Origin: a virus
Taxonomy: Duplodnaviria > Caudoviricetes
Length of the DNA stretch: 30,958 nt
Strand: one strand, 5' to 3'
Virus record (IMG/VR): IMGVR_UViG_3300033402_000730
Coordinates: 1-30,958 of that record
Position numbers and translations under genes: made by a program. Each line of letters begins with the position of its first letter. The stretch's first letter is position 1. Under the pieces are notes generated by a model. The model searched no databases. It was not told the origin of the DNA and worked only from the letters and a program-made list of their open reading frames with translations. Of the stretch, positions 1-7,394 are shown piece by piece.

Positions 1-318
1 TCAATCGTCAATCGTTATCTTAGCGCTTATGGGAAGGCCGCCCTGCTGGTAGCGGCTGAGCCAGTATTTGATGGTGCGCAGGCTCACACCGGCCACCTCG
101 GCCACATACGCCGACATGCGGGTGGCGCTGCTGACCGGCGTGCCATCCTTGAGCCGCAGGCAGCCAAAGCGCTCCGCGTCGCGCTTGTAATCCAGGAGCA
201 TCTGCACGTAGGAGAGGCGCAGATCGGCCTGCGCCTGATCGTCAGAATCGGGTAGCAGCACGCGTTGCGGCGCGGCGACAGGCATTGGGAGAGGCAGGGA
301 TAAGGCAAGCTGCGCCAT
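1..318 (-). CDS. HTH protein resembling the N-terminal DNA-binding region of a Mu-type transposase; probably truncated
   Basis: AEVAGVSLRTIKYWLSRYQQGGL is a typical transposase HTH. It occupies the transposase position in the early operon but stops after 105 aa with no DDE domain. Confidence 0.6.
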   Translation of the reverse strand: MAQLALSLPLPMPVAAPQRVLLPDSDDQAQADLRLSYVQMLLDYKRDAERFGCLRLKDGTPVSSATRMSAYVAEVAGVSLRTIKYWLSRYQQGGLPISAKITIDD

Positions 319-320
319 GG

Positions 321-1106
321 TCAGCGGCCCCCGATCCGTGCAAGTGAGCGGTGATCTTCAATGGCCAGGGCGAGCCAGAGCACGCCGCAGACATAGGGCA
401 CGGCCATCAGCAGATCAAAGAGGTAATGCTGGCCGGAACCAAGCGTGGCCAGCACAATGAGGGCGAGATAGGCGCCTCCCAGTGCGCGGCCCCATCGCCA
501 CGGCCAGAGAAAGAGCAGTACCAGGATGGCGGCGGCGGTGTGGACGGAGGGCACGCCGTTGGGCGCGGCGGCAATGGCAATGGGGTGCGCCACAACGATG
601 GCGGGCAGCACCGGAAAGGCAGGAAAGGCAAAGGCCGGCCCGCAGACCGGGCAGAGCAGGTAAATGGGCACAGCCGCAAAGAGGCAGATCAGAAAGGTCC
701 ATGCGGCGCACCGAGCCCTTTTCTCGCTGCCGCATAACAGATTGATGGCAAAGGCGGCCAGGATGGCGGTGGGCAGCAGGCCATAGCTCACGCTGACCAG
801 AATCTTGAGCCAGAGATGCGCGGCCACCAGTTGGCCCAAGGCAAAGCTGGGCGAGCCGAAGAGGCAATCGATCCGGTAGATATAAAGGTCCAGCTTCAGC
901 GGCCGCAGATGCGATAGTCCGTTGGCCGTGAGCTGCGCCAGCGCGCCGGCCGGCTCAATCAGCGCCGCCGCCACCAGTAGCCACTCGGAATGCTTGCGAT
1001 CGCGGGGGGTGATGGCCAGAAAACAACGCATGGCCAGCAGCGGGATTAGTACCGCGGTGATGGCCACGCCGGGAAAGGCAATGAGAAAAAGTGTGAATGA
1101 ATTCAT
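321..1106 (-). CDS. PAP2-superfamily membrane phosphatase/phosphotransferase (Aur1/IPC-synthase-like)
   Basis: Multiple hydrophobic helices; C2 motif PNGVPSVH; C3 motif TLGSGQHYLFD. Start overlaps the upstream stop (ATGA, 1103-1106). Confidence 0.8.
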   Translation of the reverse strand: MNSFTLFLIAFPGVAITAVLIPLLAMRCFLAITPRDRKHSEWLLVAAALIEPAGALAQLTANGLSHLRPLKLDLYIYRIDCLFGSPSFALGQLVAAHLWLKILVSVSYGLLPTAILAAFAINLLCGSEKRARCAAWTFLICLFAAVPIYLLCPVCGPAFAFPAFPVLPAIVVAHPIAIAAAPNGVPSVHTAAAILVLLFLWPWRWGRALGGAYLALIVLATLGSGQHYLFDLLMAVPYVCGVLWLALAIEDHRSLARIGGR

Positions 1107-1603
1107 AGGGAACCCTTTCCGTGCAGGCGTGCTTCAAGCAGGGCGATCTGCTCGTCAGCCCGCTTGCGGATCAGGAATTGGCGGCCAAGCTCCAGGAGCT
1201 GCGCCTCGTCATCGGTAATCAGGTGCAAACTTTGCCGCTCCGCTATGCAGCGAAGAAGTTCCCAATTACCAATGACTTGGCAGAATGCGCGTGTGTATTG
1301 GGCGGGCCAGCGGTGTTGCTCGGCGGCTTCGCTGGTATAGCTGTTCAGCATCCTTACGGTGATGAGATCACCGCAGAGGGTGGACATCTCTTCCGCAATC
1401 TGTTCGCGGCTTTTCGCGCTGTTGCGGATTGCTTGTGTCAGTACGCCGCGAACGATGCTCTCATCGTTCAGGCTGCCCGGCATGGGCGGAGCGGCGGCAT
1501 AGAGATCGAGCTGTTCGGGGGGAAAACTTTCCGCAATCTTTTCCGGTGACACAAAAGGCCCGGAGGCGGCAGAGTGAGAGCGTGATGATTTGGCACTATT
1601 CAT
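1103..1603 (-). CDS. Phage early regulatory-type protein (CII-like, putative DNA-binding)
   Basis: SREQIAEEMS...ITVRMLNSYTS...HRWP...AFC pattern of phage regulatory proteins; ATGA-coupled on both sides. Confidence 0.55.
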   Translation of the reverse strand: MNSAKSSRSHSAASGPFVSPEKIAESFPPEQLDLYAAAPPMPGSLNDESIVRGVLTQAIRNSAKSREQIAEEMSTLCGDLITVRMLNSYTSEAAEQHRWPAQYTRAFCQVIGNWELLRCIAERQSLHLITDDEAQLLELGRQFLIRKRADEQIALLEARLHGKGSL

Positions 1604-2004
1604 ATATCGCGCTCCTGCTGGATTTGGCCGCTGCCTTCTGCTTTAGCAACTTCAGTGAGGCAATCTGGATTTGTGCAGAGAGTGTGTTCGTCGTTTACCC
1701 AGGCGCAGGGCGTGAGGTGTTCGAGAAAGAGATAACAAGGTCTAAGATCTGTGCATCCGCAGATGCGACAGACGCCTTTGAATCCGGGGAAGTAGCGCGC
1801 ATAGCGGAGGCATTCTTCGTGAGAGGGCGTTTTGTACCAACGCAAGGACCATTCCTTTTGAATAAAAACGCTCACTTCGTCCAGGGATATAAAGCGGTCA
1901 CCCGGCGCAAGCTGCGGTCCCTGCGGTGCAGAAGCATCGGCGACCAAGAGATGGAAGGATTGTCTGATTGCGCAAATGAAAGAAAGAAGGCGCGATGATC
2001 TCAT
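1600..2004 (-). CDS. Hypothetical protein with C-terminal Cys-rich zinc finger
   Basis: CRICGCTDLRPC...PCAWV...LCTNPDC; overlaps both neighbours by 4 nt. Confidence 0.6.
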   Translation of the reverse strand: MRSSRLLSFICAIRQSFHLLVADASAPQGPQLAPGDRFISLDEVSVFIQKEWSLRWYKTPSHEECLRYARYFPGFKGVCRICGCTDLRPCYLFLEHLTPCAWVNDEHTLCTNPDCLTEVAKAEGSGQIQQERDI

Positions 2005-2249
2005 GCCGCAAGCCTCCGTTGCTGTTTCTGCTGCTCTTTACGCTTTTTCTGGCGAAGTTCAGCGCTCAGAGCTTTTGCAACGCGCTTACTGGTGCGGCGT
2101 CCCAATGCAACCTGGCGTACGTGTTCGTGCGACAAGTTCAACCGCCTGGCGACATCGGCGATAATGCCGCGTATTCTTGCGGCTTTTCGGAATTCGGTAC
2201 TCGACGAAGTAAAATCCACGGTGGGTATCAACTCTCTGAAAAAGGACAT
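2001..2249 (-). CDS. Ner/Cro-like HTH regulator, first gene of early operon (alternative GTG start at 2219)
   Basis: IADVARRLNLSHEHVRQVALGRRTSKRV HTH; divergent from the repressor. Confidence 0.75.
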   Translation of the reverse strand: MSFFRELIPTVDFTSSSTEFRKAARIRGIIADVARRLNLSHEHVRQVALGRRTSKRVAKALSAELRQKKRKEQQKQQRRLAA

Positions 2250-2296
2250 TACGCGGAACCGCGTATGAATGTCAATAAAAAAACGCGCTTGCGCGT
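2248..2296. promoter_or_regulatory. Lysis/lysogeny switch: two palindromic operators and a leftward sigma70-type promoter
   Basis: TACGCGG-AA-CCGCGTA (2250-2265) and ACGCGC-TT-GCGCGT (2283-2296) flank a minus-strand TTGACA (2275-2270), with CGTAAT (2253-2248) 16 bp downstream. Confidence 0.65.
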
Positions 2297-2753
2297 AAAT
2301 GCCGAATTGCGCCCTGAAATCGCCGGGGCGTTTCGTGCTGCCCGTCAATCACTCGGAATGTCGCAAGATGAACTAGCTAAAGCGATTGGCAGTGTTCAAG
2401 ACACCATTTCCAGATGGGAAAGGGGTAAGGATAGCCCCCCTGTTTCCGCTTTGATCGCGCTTACAGAATTGCTGCCAGAGGGAGAAAAAGCATGGTGGCG
2501 AACTGTTACGGGACATAATGCGGACGAAGAAAGAGGGGAAAAAGCGCTGGACTCTGAACTGTTGGCTGAAGTACTGAAGGCGGTGGAAGCGGCTGCAAAT
2601 AAGGCTGGTATTATTCTTCCTCGGTCTAAATATGCAGAAATCGTTGCTGAAGTCTATGATGTTTGGCGAAGAACTGGACCAAATAAATCTTCTATTGTGG
2701 AACGGCTTCTCGGGCAGGTATATGAGGCATCGGACCACAAAGTGAAGGCTTGA
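2265..2753 (+). CDS. XRE-family prophage repressor (start uncertain: ATG 2265 or TTG 2307)
   Basis: FRAARQSLGMSQDELAKAIGSVQDTISRWERGKDSP is a canonical HTH_3; no S24 peptidase domain evident. Confidence 0.85.
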   Translation: MNVNKKTRLRVNAELRPEIAGAFRAARQSLGMSQDELAKAIGSVQDTISRWERGKDSPPVSALIALTELLPEGEKAWWRTVTGHNADEERGEKALDSELLAEVLKAVEAAANKAGIILPRSKYAEIVAEVYDVWRRTGPNKSSIVERLLGQVYEASDHKVKA

Positions 2754-2771
2754 TCAGAAAGTGAGAATGAG

Positions 2772-2987
2772 ATGGATGGTGGACTGCTCTTTTGCAGCGT
2801 GCTCGTAAGCATTCTAATAGTCACGTTTTTCTACCTGGCTGTGCGCCGGAAACGCTCTGCGAATGAGCCGCCCGCGCCCCGCAAGCCCGTCACCGTGGTC
2901 GGCGTCTTCTGGGCTGTCATTCTGGCGCTTCTGGTCTTCACCGCCGCCACCAATTTTGTTAGCTATTGCTTCCGCGCCCAGCCATGA
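2772..2987 (+). CDS. Small two-TM membrane protein (possible exclusion/lysogenic conversion gene)
   Basis: Two hydrophobic segments separated by a basic loop; directly downstream of the repressor. Confidence 0.6.
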   Translation: MDGGLLFCSVLVSILIVTFFYLAVRRKRSANEPPAPRKPVTVVGVFWAVILALLVFTAATNFVSYCFRAQP

Positions 2988-3163
2988 AATGGAGCCTTAC
3001 TCCATTTGCTAAAATCTTCCACGCGGAGCACGGATGGCGCATCAAGCCGCCGAACCGTTCGCATCCTGCTACCATAATCGAGTGCGCCATTGCGCTCAGC
3101 GCGCGTGAACGCCGTAAGCCCTGCCCGAAATGCGGCGCGCGGCAGCCTGAAAACCAGAACTAA
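2984..3163 (+). CDS. Small hypothetical protein with HxxH and CPKC motifs
   Basis: ATGA overlap with the previous gene at 2984; possible Zn ribbon. Confidence 0.4.
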   Translation: MKWSLTPFAKIFHAEHGWRIKPPNRSHPATIIECAIALSARERRKPCPKCGARQPENQN

Positions 3164-3178
3164 CTCTCTCTGAAAACT

Positions 3179-3207
3179 TTAACTATTCCATTTATTCCAC
3201 CTTTTTC
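3179..3207 (+). promoter_or_regulatory. Putative late-promoter activator site (lysis operon)
   Basis: TTAACTATTC...CA.CTTTT shared with 13263-13291; roughly 9-bp periodic repeats. Confidence 0.5.
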
Positions 3208-3368
3208 AACTTGCTCTCCGTGCGCCCGATTCCACCTTATTCTGGACCCTGAACGCACCCCAATTCTTCACAGAGGAGATTGCGGTGTGCCAGAGCAGCG
3301 AATAGGGATCGGGAACCGGGGCAACCAAACCGCGCTTTTCGATCCCTGTTCCGCAAGGAGCGGGCACG

Positions 3369-3809
3369 ATGGAATTCAGCGATGCGGGGATGAGGCTTCT
3401 GAAAAAGTGTGAAGGCTTCCGGGCGAAGGTCTACCTGGACGCCTGCGGCTTTCCTACCGTGGGCTACGGCCATCGGCTGCTGCATCCTGACAGCTTTGCA
3501 GACGGCATCGACGAGGCCGCGGCGCAGGATATTCTCATCAGCGACGTGAATGTGGCCTGCAGCGCTGTCGAGTGCCTGGTGAAGGTGCCCTTGACGCAGG
3601 GCCAGTTCGACGCGCTGGTGGATTTTACCTTCAACCTGGGCGCGACGCGGCTCTCCGGCTCCCGCCTCCTCTTCCTCCTCAATCAGGGACAATACGATGC
3701 CGCGGCCGAGCAGATCCTCCGCTGGGATCATGCCGGCGCGGCCGAGCTGGCCGGCCTGAAGGCTCGGCGCGAAGCGGAAGTGGAGCTATGGAAGGGAAGC
3801 GCACAATGA
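3369..3809 (+). CDS. Endolysin, GH24 phage lysozyme
   Basis: EG..KVYLDACGFPTVGYGH (E-D-T triad); QGQFDALVDFTFNLG; GLKARREAE; RBS AAGGAG. Confidence 0.95.
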   Translation: MEFSDAGMRLLKKCEGFRAKVYLDACGFPTVGYGHRLLHPDSFADGIDEAAAQDILISDVNVACSAVECLVKVPLTQGQFDALVDFTFNLGATRLSGSRLLFLLNQGQYDAAAEQILRWDHAGAAELAGLKARREAEVELWKGSAQ

Positions 3810-4435
3810 CGATTCCTGAAACCTGGCACGCGCCGTTGGAAGTCGCGCTGGCGATATTGGCATTACTGGCCGGCTACATGCTGCTGCAGGAGCACGACGC
3901 GCGGCTCAGGGCTGACGCGGCTTCGGCTGTGCAGGAGAGGGCTATCGACCAGGCCGAGAAGGACGCGCAAGGCGCGCAGGCTAATCTTGTCGCGCAGCTC
4001 AAGGCGCTGGAGATCGAGAAGGCCGCGCCGGCCACGCCGCAGCAGATCATCGTTGACGGCTCGAAGCTGATGCCCGCTCTGCCGCAGCCGATCACTATCC
4101 AGACAGCGCCGTCCCAGCCAGTCAGCGGGCCAGCAAGCCGGCAGGCCGGCGCGCCAGATGCGCCGGATGCGCCGCCGCAGCAGATCGTGATACCCGCAGC
4201 GGACTTCAAGGCGATTCAGGCGGCCGAGATTGGCTGCCAGGAAACCGGCGCCAAACTGACCGCGTGTACACAGACCGCGGCGGATACGGCCGTGGAGCTG
4301 AAAGCGACGGCTGCGCAACGCGACGAATGGAAGTCGGCGGCCAAGGGTGGTACCTGGCTGCATCGCACCGTGACAGCGGCAAAGTGGATCGGGATTGGCG
4401 CGGCAGTTGGCTACGGGATGGGGCACAAATGGTGA
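3806..4435 (+). CDS. Membrane-anchored lysis accessory protein (spanin-like)
   Basis: N-terminal TM, coiled-coil and Pro-rich body, hydrophobic C-terminus; ATGA overlap with the endolysin. Confidence 0.55.
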   Translation: MTIPETWHAPLEVALAILALLAGYMLLQEHDARLRADAASAVQERAIDQAEKDAQGAQANLVAQLKALEIEKAAPATPQQIIVDGSKLMPALPQPITIQTAPSQPVSGPASRQAGAPDAPDAPPQQIVIPAADFKAIQAAEIGCQETGAKLTACTQTAADTAVELKATAAQRDEWKSAAKGGTWLHRTVTAAKWIGIGAAVGYGMGHKW

Positions 4436-4713
4436 TTATTACCAATCTCGGCGCGTTTCTGAAAGAGCAACTCAGCGAGCGCGATGGCACCGCATCAAAC
4501 ACGCGCGTTTGCATTTTGCTGGTCATCTGCTTTGCCTCGGGCTGGATCACGGCGCTGGTGACCAAGGTTCATGGGCCGGTCTCGCTGCCTGAGTTGGGCG
4601 CTTTTGTCGGTCAGGTGGGGTTGTATGTGGGTGGCATCTGCACCACACTCTACACGGTGAATGCCGCCAAGGATGTACTCAATAACCGGGCGGCGAATTC
4701 GCCCGCGCAATAA
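4429..4713 (+). CDS. Putative holin (two TM)
   Basis: MVIITNLG...SNTRVCILLVICF...; two TM helices; located in the lysis cluster. Confidence 0.55.
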   Translation: MVIITNLGAFLKEQLSERDGTASNTRVCILLVICFASGWITALVTKVHGPVSLPELGAFVGQVGLYVGGICTTLYTVNAAKDVLNNRAANSPAQ

Positions 4714-4724
4714 AGGAGGAAGGC

Positions 4725-4991
4725 ATGGGTTTCTGGTTTGGGTTGATCGGCGCCATAGGGGTGGCGCTGCTGATTTTCTGGGCAGGCTGGAAGTTTGGCG
4801 GCCTGGCGAGTGCGGAGGCATTGCGCGCCGAGCGCGATCTCAAAGCCGCGGCGCTGAAAGATCTGGCCAAGGCAAAAGCAGTGGTTGACTCCGTGCGCTT
4901 TGCGGCATCGAAGGCCGGCCTCGACGTGAAGAAGGTTTTTCCGTTTTTGGCGCTCCTGCTCGCCATCTACCTGGCGCGTGGGCTGATTTAA
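4725..4991 (+). CDS. Small membrane protein
   Basis: Strong RBS AGGAGG; hydrophobic N- and C-termini. Confidence 0.7.
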   Translation: MGFWFGLIGAIGVALLIFWAGWKFGGLASAEALRAERDLKAAALKDLAKAKAVVDSVRFAASKAGLDVKKVFPFLALLLAIYLARGLI

Positions 4992-5053
4992 GCGGCGGCT
5001 GCCGGCGATTGGAAGGGGCTCGGGGAAAATACGCACAGGAAAGGAAATCGGAC

Positions 5054-5272
5054 GTGGACAAAAGGCATCGTGGTACGGTCAAGTGGTTCAACAACGCCAA
5101 GGGCTATGGCTTCATTGGGCAGGAAAACGGCCCGGACATCTTCGTCCACTACTCGGCGATCGACGAGGATGGCTACAAGTCGCTGAAGGAAGGCGATGAG
5201 GTTGAGTTTGGCGTCATCATCGGGGAGAAAGGCAAGCCCCAGGCGGACAACGTGCGAAGGATTCGGGACTAG
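5054..5272 (+). CDS. csp: Cold-shock protein (CspA family RNA chaperone)
   Basis: [15 protein letters not shown] (RNP1), DIFVHYSAI (RNP2), [18 protein letters not shown]; GTG start with AAGGA RBS. Confidence 0.95.
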   Translation: MDKRHRGTVKWFNNAKGYGFIGQENGPDIFVHYSAIDEDGYKSLKEGDEVEFGVIIGEKGKPQADNVRRIRD

Positions 5273-5377
5273 AGCGGTTGGCTCGCCCCAAAGGGATACA
5301 CCCAACAAAGAGCGCAGTACCCCCGATTTGCCAACAGTGGCTGAACACGGCGCGTCTTCGGGGTAACTCAACCAACC

Positions 5378-5412
5378 TGCCGCCGCCGGGACCGATCAAC
5401 CCGGCGGCGGCA
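5378..5412 (+). other. Perfect 13-bp GC-rich stem-loop
   Basis: TGCCGCCGCCGGG / CCCGGCGGCGGCA with no U-tract, immediately before the RBS of the next gene. Confidence 0.8.
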
Positions 5413-5426
5413 ATCAAGGAAACTCG

Positions 5427-5675
5427 ATGCGCGTGAGTTTTGAAAACATTCCGGCGCTCAGGTTTCGCGCGATTCGCGCTCGTATTCGGGCGCAGGCCGA
5501 CGAGATGCGTTCCTCGGGGAACGCGGGCTCGGCCACCAGTAACGGTGTGACGGTGGAATGGAATTACGATGAGGCGGCGGAGAGCCTGGTTTTTACTTGC
5601 ACAAAACGGCCGTGGTGGATCTCCGAGCTGATGGCCGCCAGCAGAATTCGAGATCTTGTGGAGGCAGTCGAATGA
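5427..5675 (+). CDS. Hypothetical protein
   Basis: RBS AAGGA; 82 aa; stop overlaps the PLD start (ATGA). Confidence 0.75.
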   Translation: MRVSFENIPALRFRAIRARIRAQADEMRSSGNAGSATSNGVTVEWNYDEAAESLVFTCTKRPWWISELMAASRIRDLVEAVE

Positions 5676-6325
5676 GAAGAGAGAAGAGGGAACGGGGAGC
5701 AGGAAATGGGTGGCCGCGCATCGCGCTGAAATTGGCTGTGATCTTTGCGGCGCTGGCCTGGGTGGGGAGCTGCGCACAGCTCGCCTATCCGCAGGGGATT
5801 GTCCGGGCGGCATTGCCGGCGGCGGCTCCGCTGCCATTGGGCACGTATTACTCGCCAGACACCAATCTGGAGGCGCTGGATGTGGCGGCCGTGACTTCGG
5901 CAGCCAAGACTATCAGCCTGGCAGCCTTCAGCCTTTCCGACCAGGCTCTCATTGATGCCCTGGCTGACCGAGCGCGCCATGGTGTCGTGGTGATGATCTA
6001 TCTCGACCGCGGCGAGCTGCAGGCACAATGCCGCGGCGACGCAACCTGCGCACGCAGCCCTTTACATGAATTGATTAACCTGAACAGCGTCGAGATCCGC
6101 GTGAAGCGCTCCAAGGTTCTGATGCACTTGAAAAGTTATGCCGTGGACGGCGCGCTGGAGCGCGATGGCTCCGCCAACTTCTCCGAGCAGGGCGAAGAGC
6201 GGCAGGACAATTCGGCCGTCTTCACCGGCGATCCGGGAACGGTTTCAGGTTTCTCAAGGAAGTTCCAGGCGATGTGGACGCGGCCAGACAATCTGACGGT
6301 TGCCCAGGCGATCACCACCCCCTGA
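5672..6325 (+). CDS. Phospholipase D-superfamily single-HKD protein (Nuc-like), exported or membrane-anchored
   Basis: MHLKSYAVDG...GSANFS matches HxKxxxxD-x6-GSxN; QDN motif; N-terminal basic plus hydrophobic signal. Confidence 0.88.
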   Translation: MRREKRERGAGNGWPRIALKLAVIFAALAWVGSCAQLAYPQGIVRAALPAAAPLPLGTYYSPDTNLEALDVAAVTSAAKTISLAAFSLSDQALIDALADRARHGVVVMIYLDRGELQAQCRGDATCARSPLHELINLNSVEIRVKRSKVLMHLKSYAVDGALERDGSANFSEQGEERQDNSAVFTGDPGTVSGFSRKFQAMWTRPDNLTVAQAITTP

Positions 6326-6532
6326 GAAGCGATCAGGGGCGAAAAGGCAGGGAAGGCCCTAAATTGCCCCGCTGAGCGATCCGGGGTGCAGGGGTAGCCG
6401 GAAACGGCGTGAACGGCCCGACACGCAAAATGTGTGCCACGGCGGGGGCGTTTAAGGCAAAGTTTTTCCAGGGGCGACCCCAGAAACTGGTTTTTCGGAT
6501 GCGAGGCAGCTTTGGACGGGGAGACAGCGACA

Positions 6533-7063
6533 TTGACGACACTCGATTTAGGCAGCGGCGCCACGCCCAAGGCTGAAGTTCGGGCCAGTTTTCGCGCGGG
6601 CTGGTTTCAGAATGTGCGCGTGATGGTCTACGGCGCCGGCAGCGCAGCGCTCACCTTGGGCGCTTACGAGATCTTCCGCAGCCAGCCAGACCGGAGTTTC
6701 GCTCTATTGCAGACGTGGGGACCGGCCTTTCTGGTGGCAATGGTGGCGATTCTGGTCTTTGGCAAGATCGCGGAGATCTTTGTGCAGGCAATGCGGGAGA
6801 GCTTTGGCTCGCTGGCGGAGAGTGTCCGCGACAGCGCCCGCTCTGGCGATCGCACGGCAGACGCCTTGACCCGCGTGGCCGACATGGGCGGCGAGCAGGC
6901 CCGCGAGACGCAGCGCCTGGCGATGTTTGCGGCGCAGAATTCACAGGAAGTCTACGAGCGGCTTGACCGGCAGGACACGGTGCTGGATGGGCTGGTGGAG
7001 AGCGTCAACGCAATCAGGGCGCACCTGTGCGCTGGTCCGGGAGGTGGGCAGAATGACTTTTGA
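6533..7063 (+). CDS. Membrane/coiled-coil phage protein (Mu gp25 position)
   Basis: TTG start after GGGGAG; two TM segments followed by coiled coil. Confidence 0.65.
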   Translation: MTTLDLGSGATPKAEVRASFRAGWFQNVRVMVYGAGSAALTLGAYEIFRSQPDRSFALLQTWGPAFLVAMVAILVFGKIAEIFVQAMRESFGSLAESVRDSARSGDRTADALTRVADMGGEQARETQRLAMFAAQNSQEVYERLDRQDTVLDGLVESVNAIRAHLCAGPGGGQNDF

Positions 7064-7379
7064 GGCGGAACGCCGGGAGCTTATCGCGCGGCGGCGGCGC
7101 GGCATCATCTTGAAGCTGATCCGCGAAAACCATGAAGATCAGGCGCAGCGCTACACGGACGGCGAGCTGTGGGCCATGCTGCTCAAGATCGGGCAGACGG
7201 TGGGCAGGCTTCAGGTTGTCACGCTGCTGCAGGACTTGCAGGTTCTCGATTACATCGACTTCAAAGGCCACACCGATGAAGATGATGGGCACACCTACCT
7301 CACAGACATCATGCTCACCGCGGCCGGGTTGCGTTTCTACACGCGCCACAAGAGCAATGATGATGTGTGCTTCAGCTAG
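7053..7379 (+). CDS. Mu gp26-like winged-helix protein
   Basis: RRRGIILKLI...LQDLQVLDYI...LTAAG pattern; directly upstream of the small terminase. Confidence 0.65.
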   Translation: MTFEAERRELIARRRRGIILKLIRENHEDQAQRYTDGELWAMLLKIGQTVGRLQVVTLLQDLQVLDYIDFKGHTDEDDGHTYLTDIMLTAAGLRFYTRHKSNDDVCFS

Positions 7380-7394
7380 AGTGCAGAGCCGCCA

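Noticed and set aside
1995-2264. N-terminal 90 aa of the 252-aa repressor ORF
   Set aside because: Overlaps the antisense Ner-like gene; the HTH starts after about 2310.
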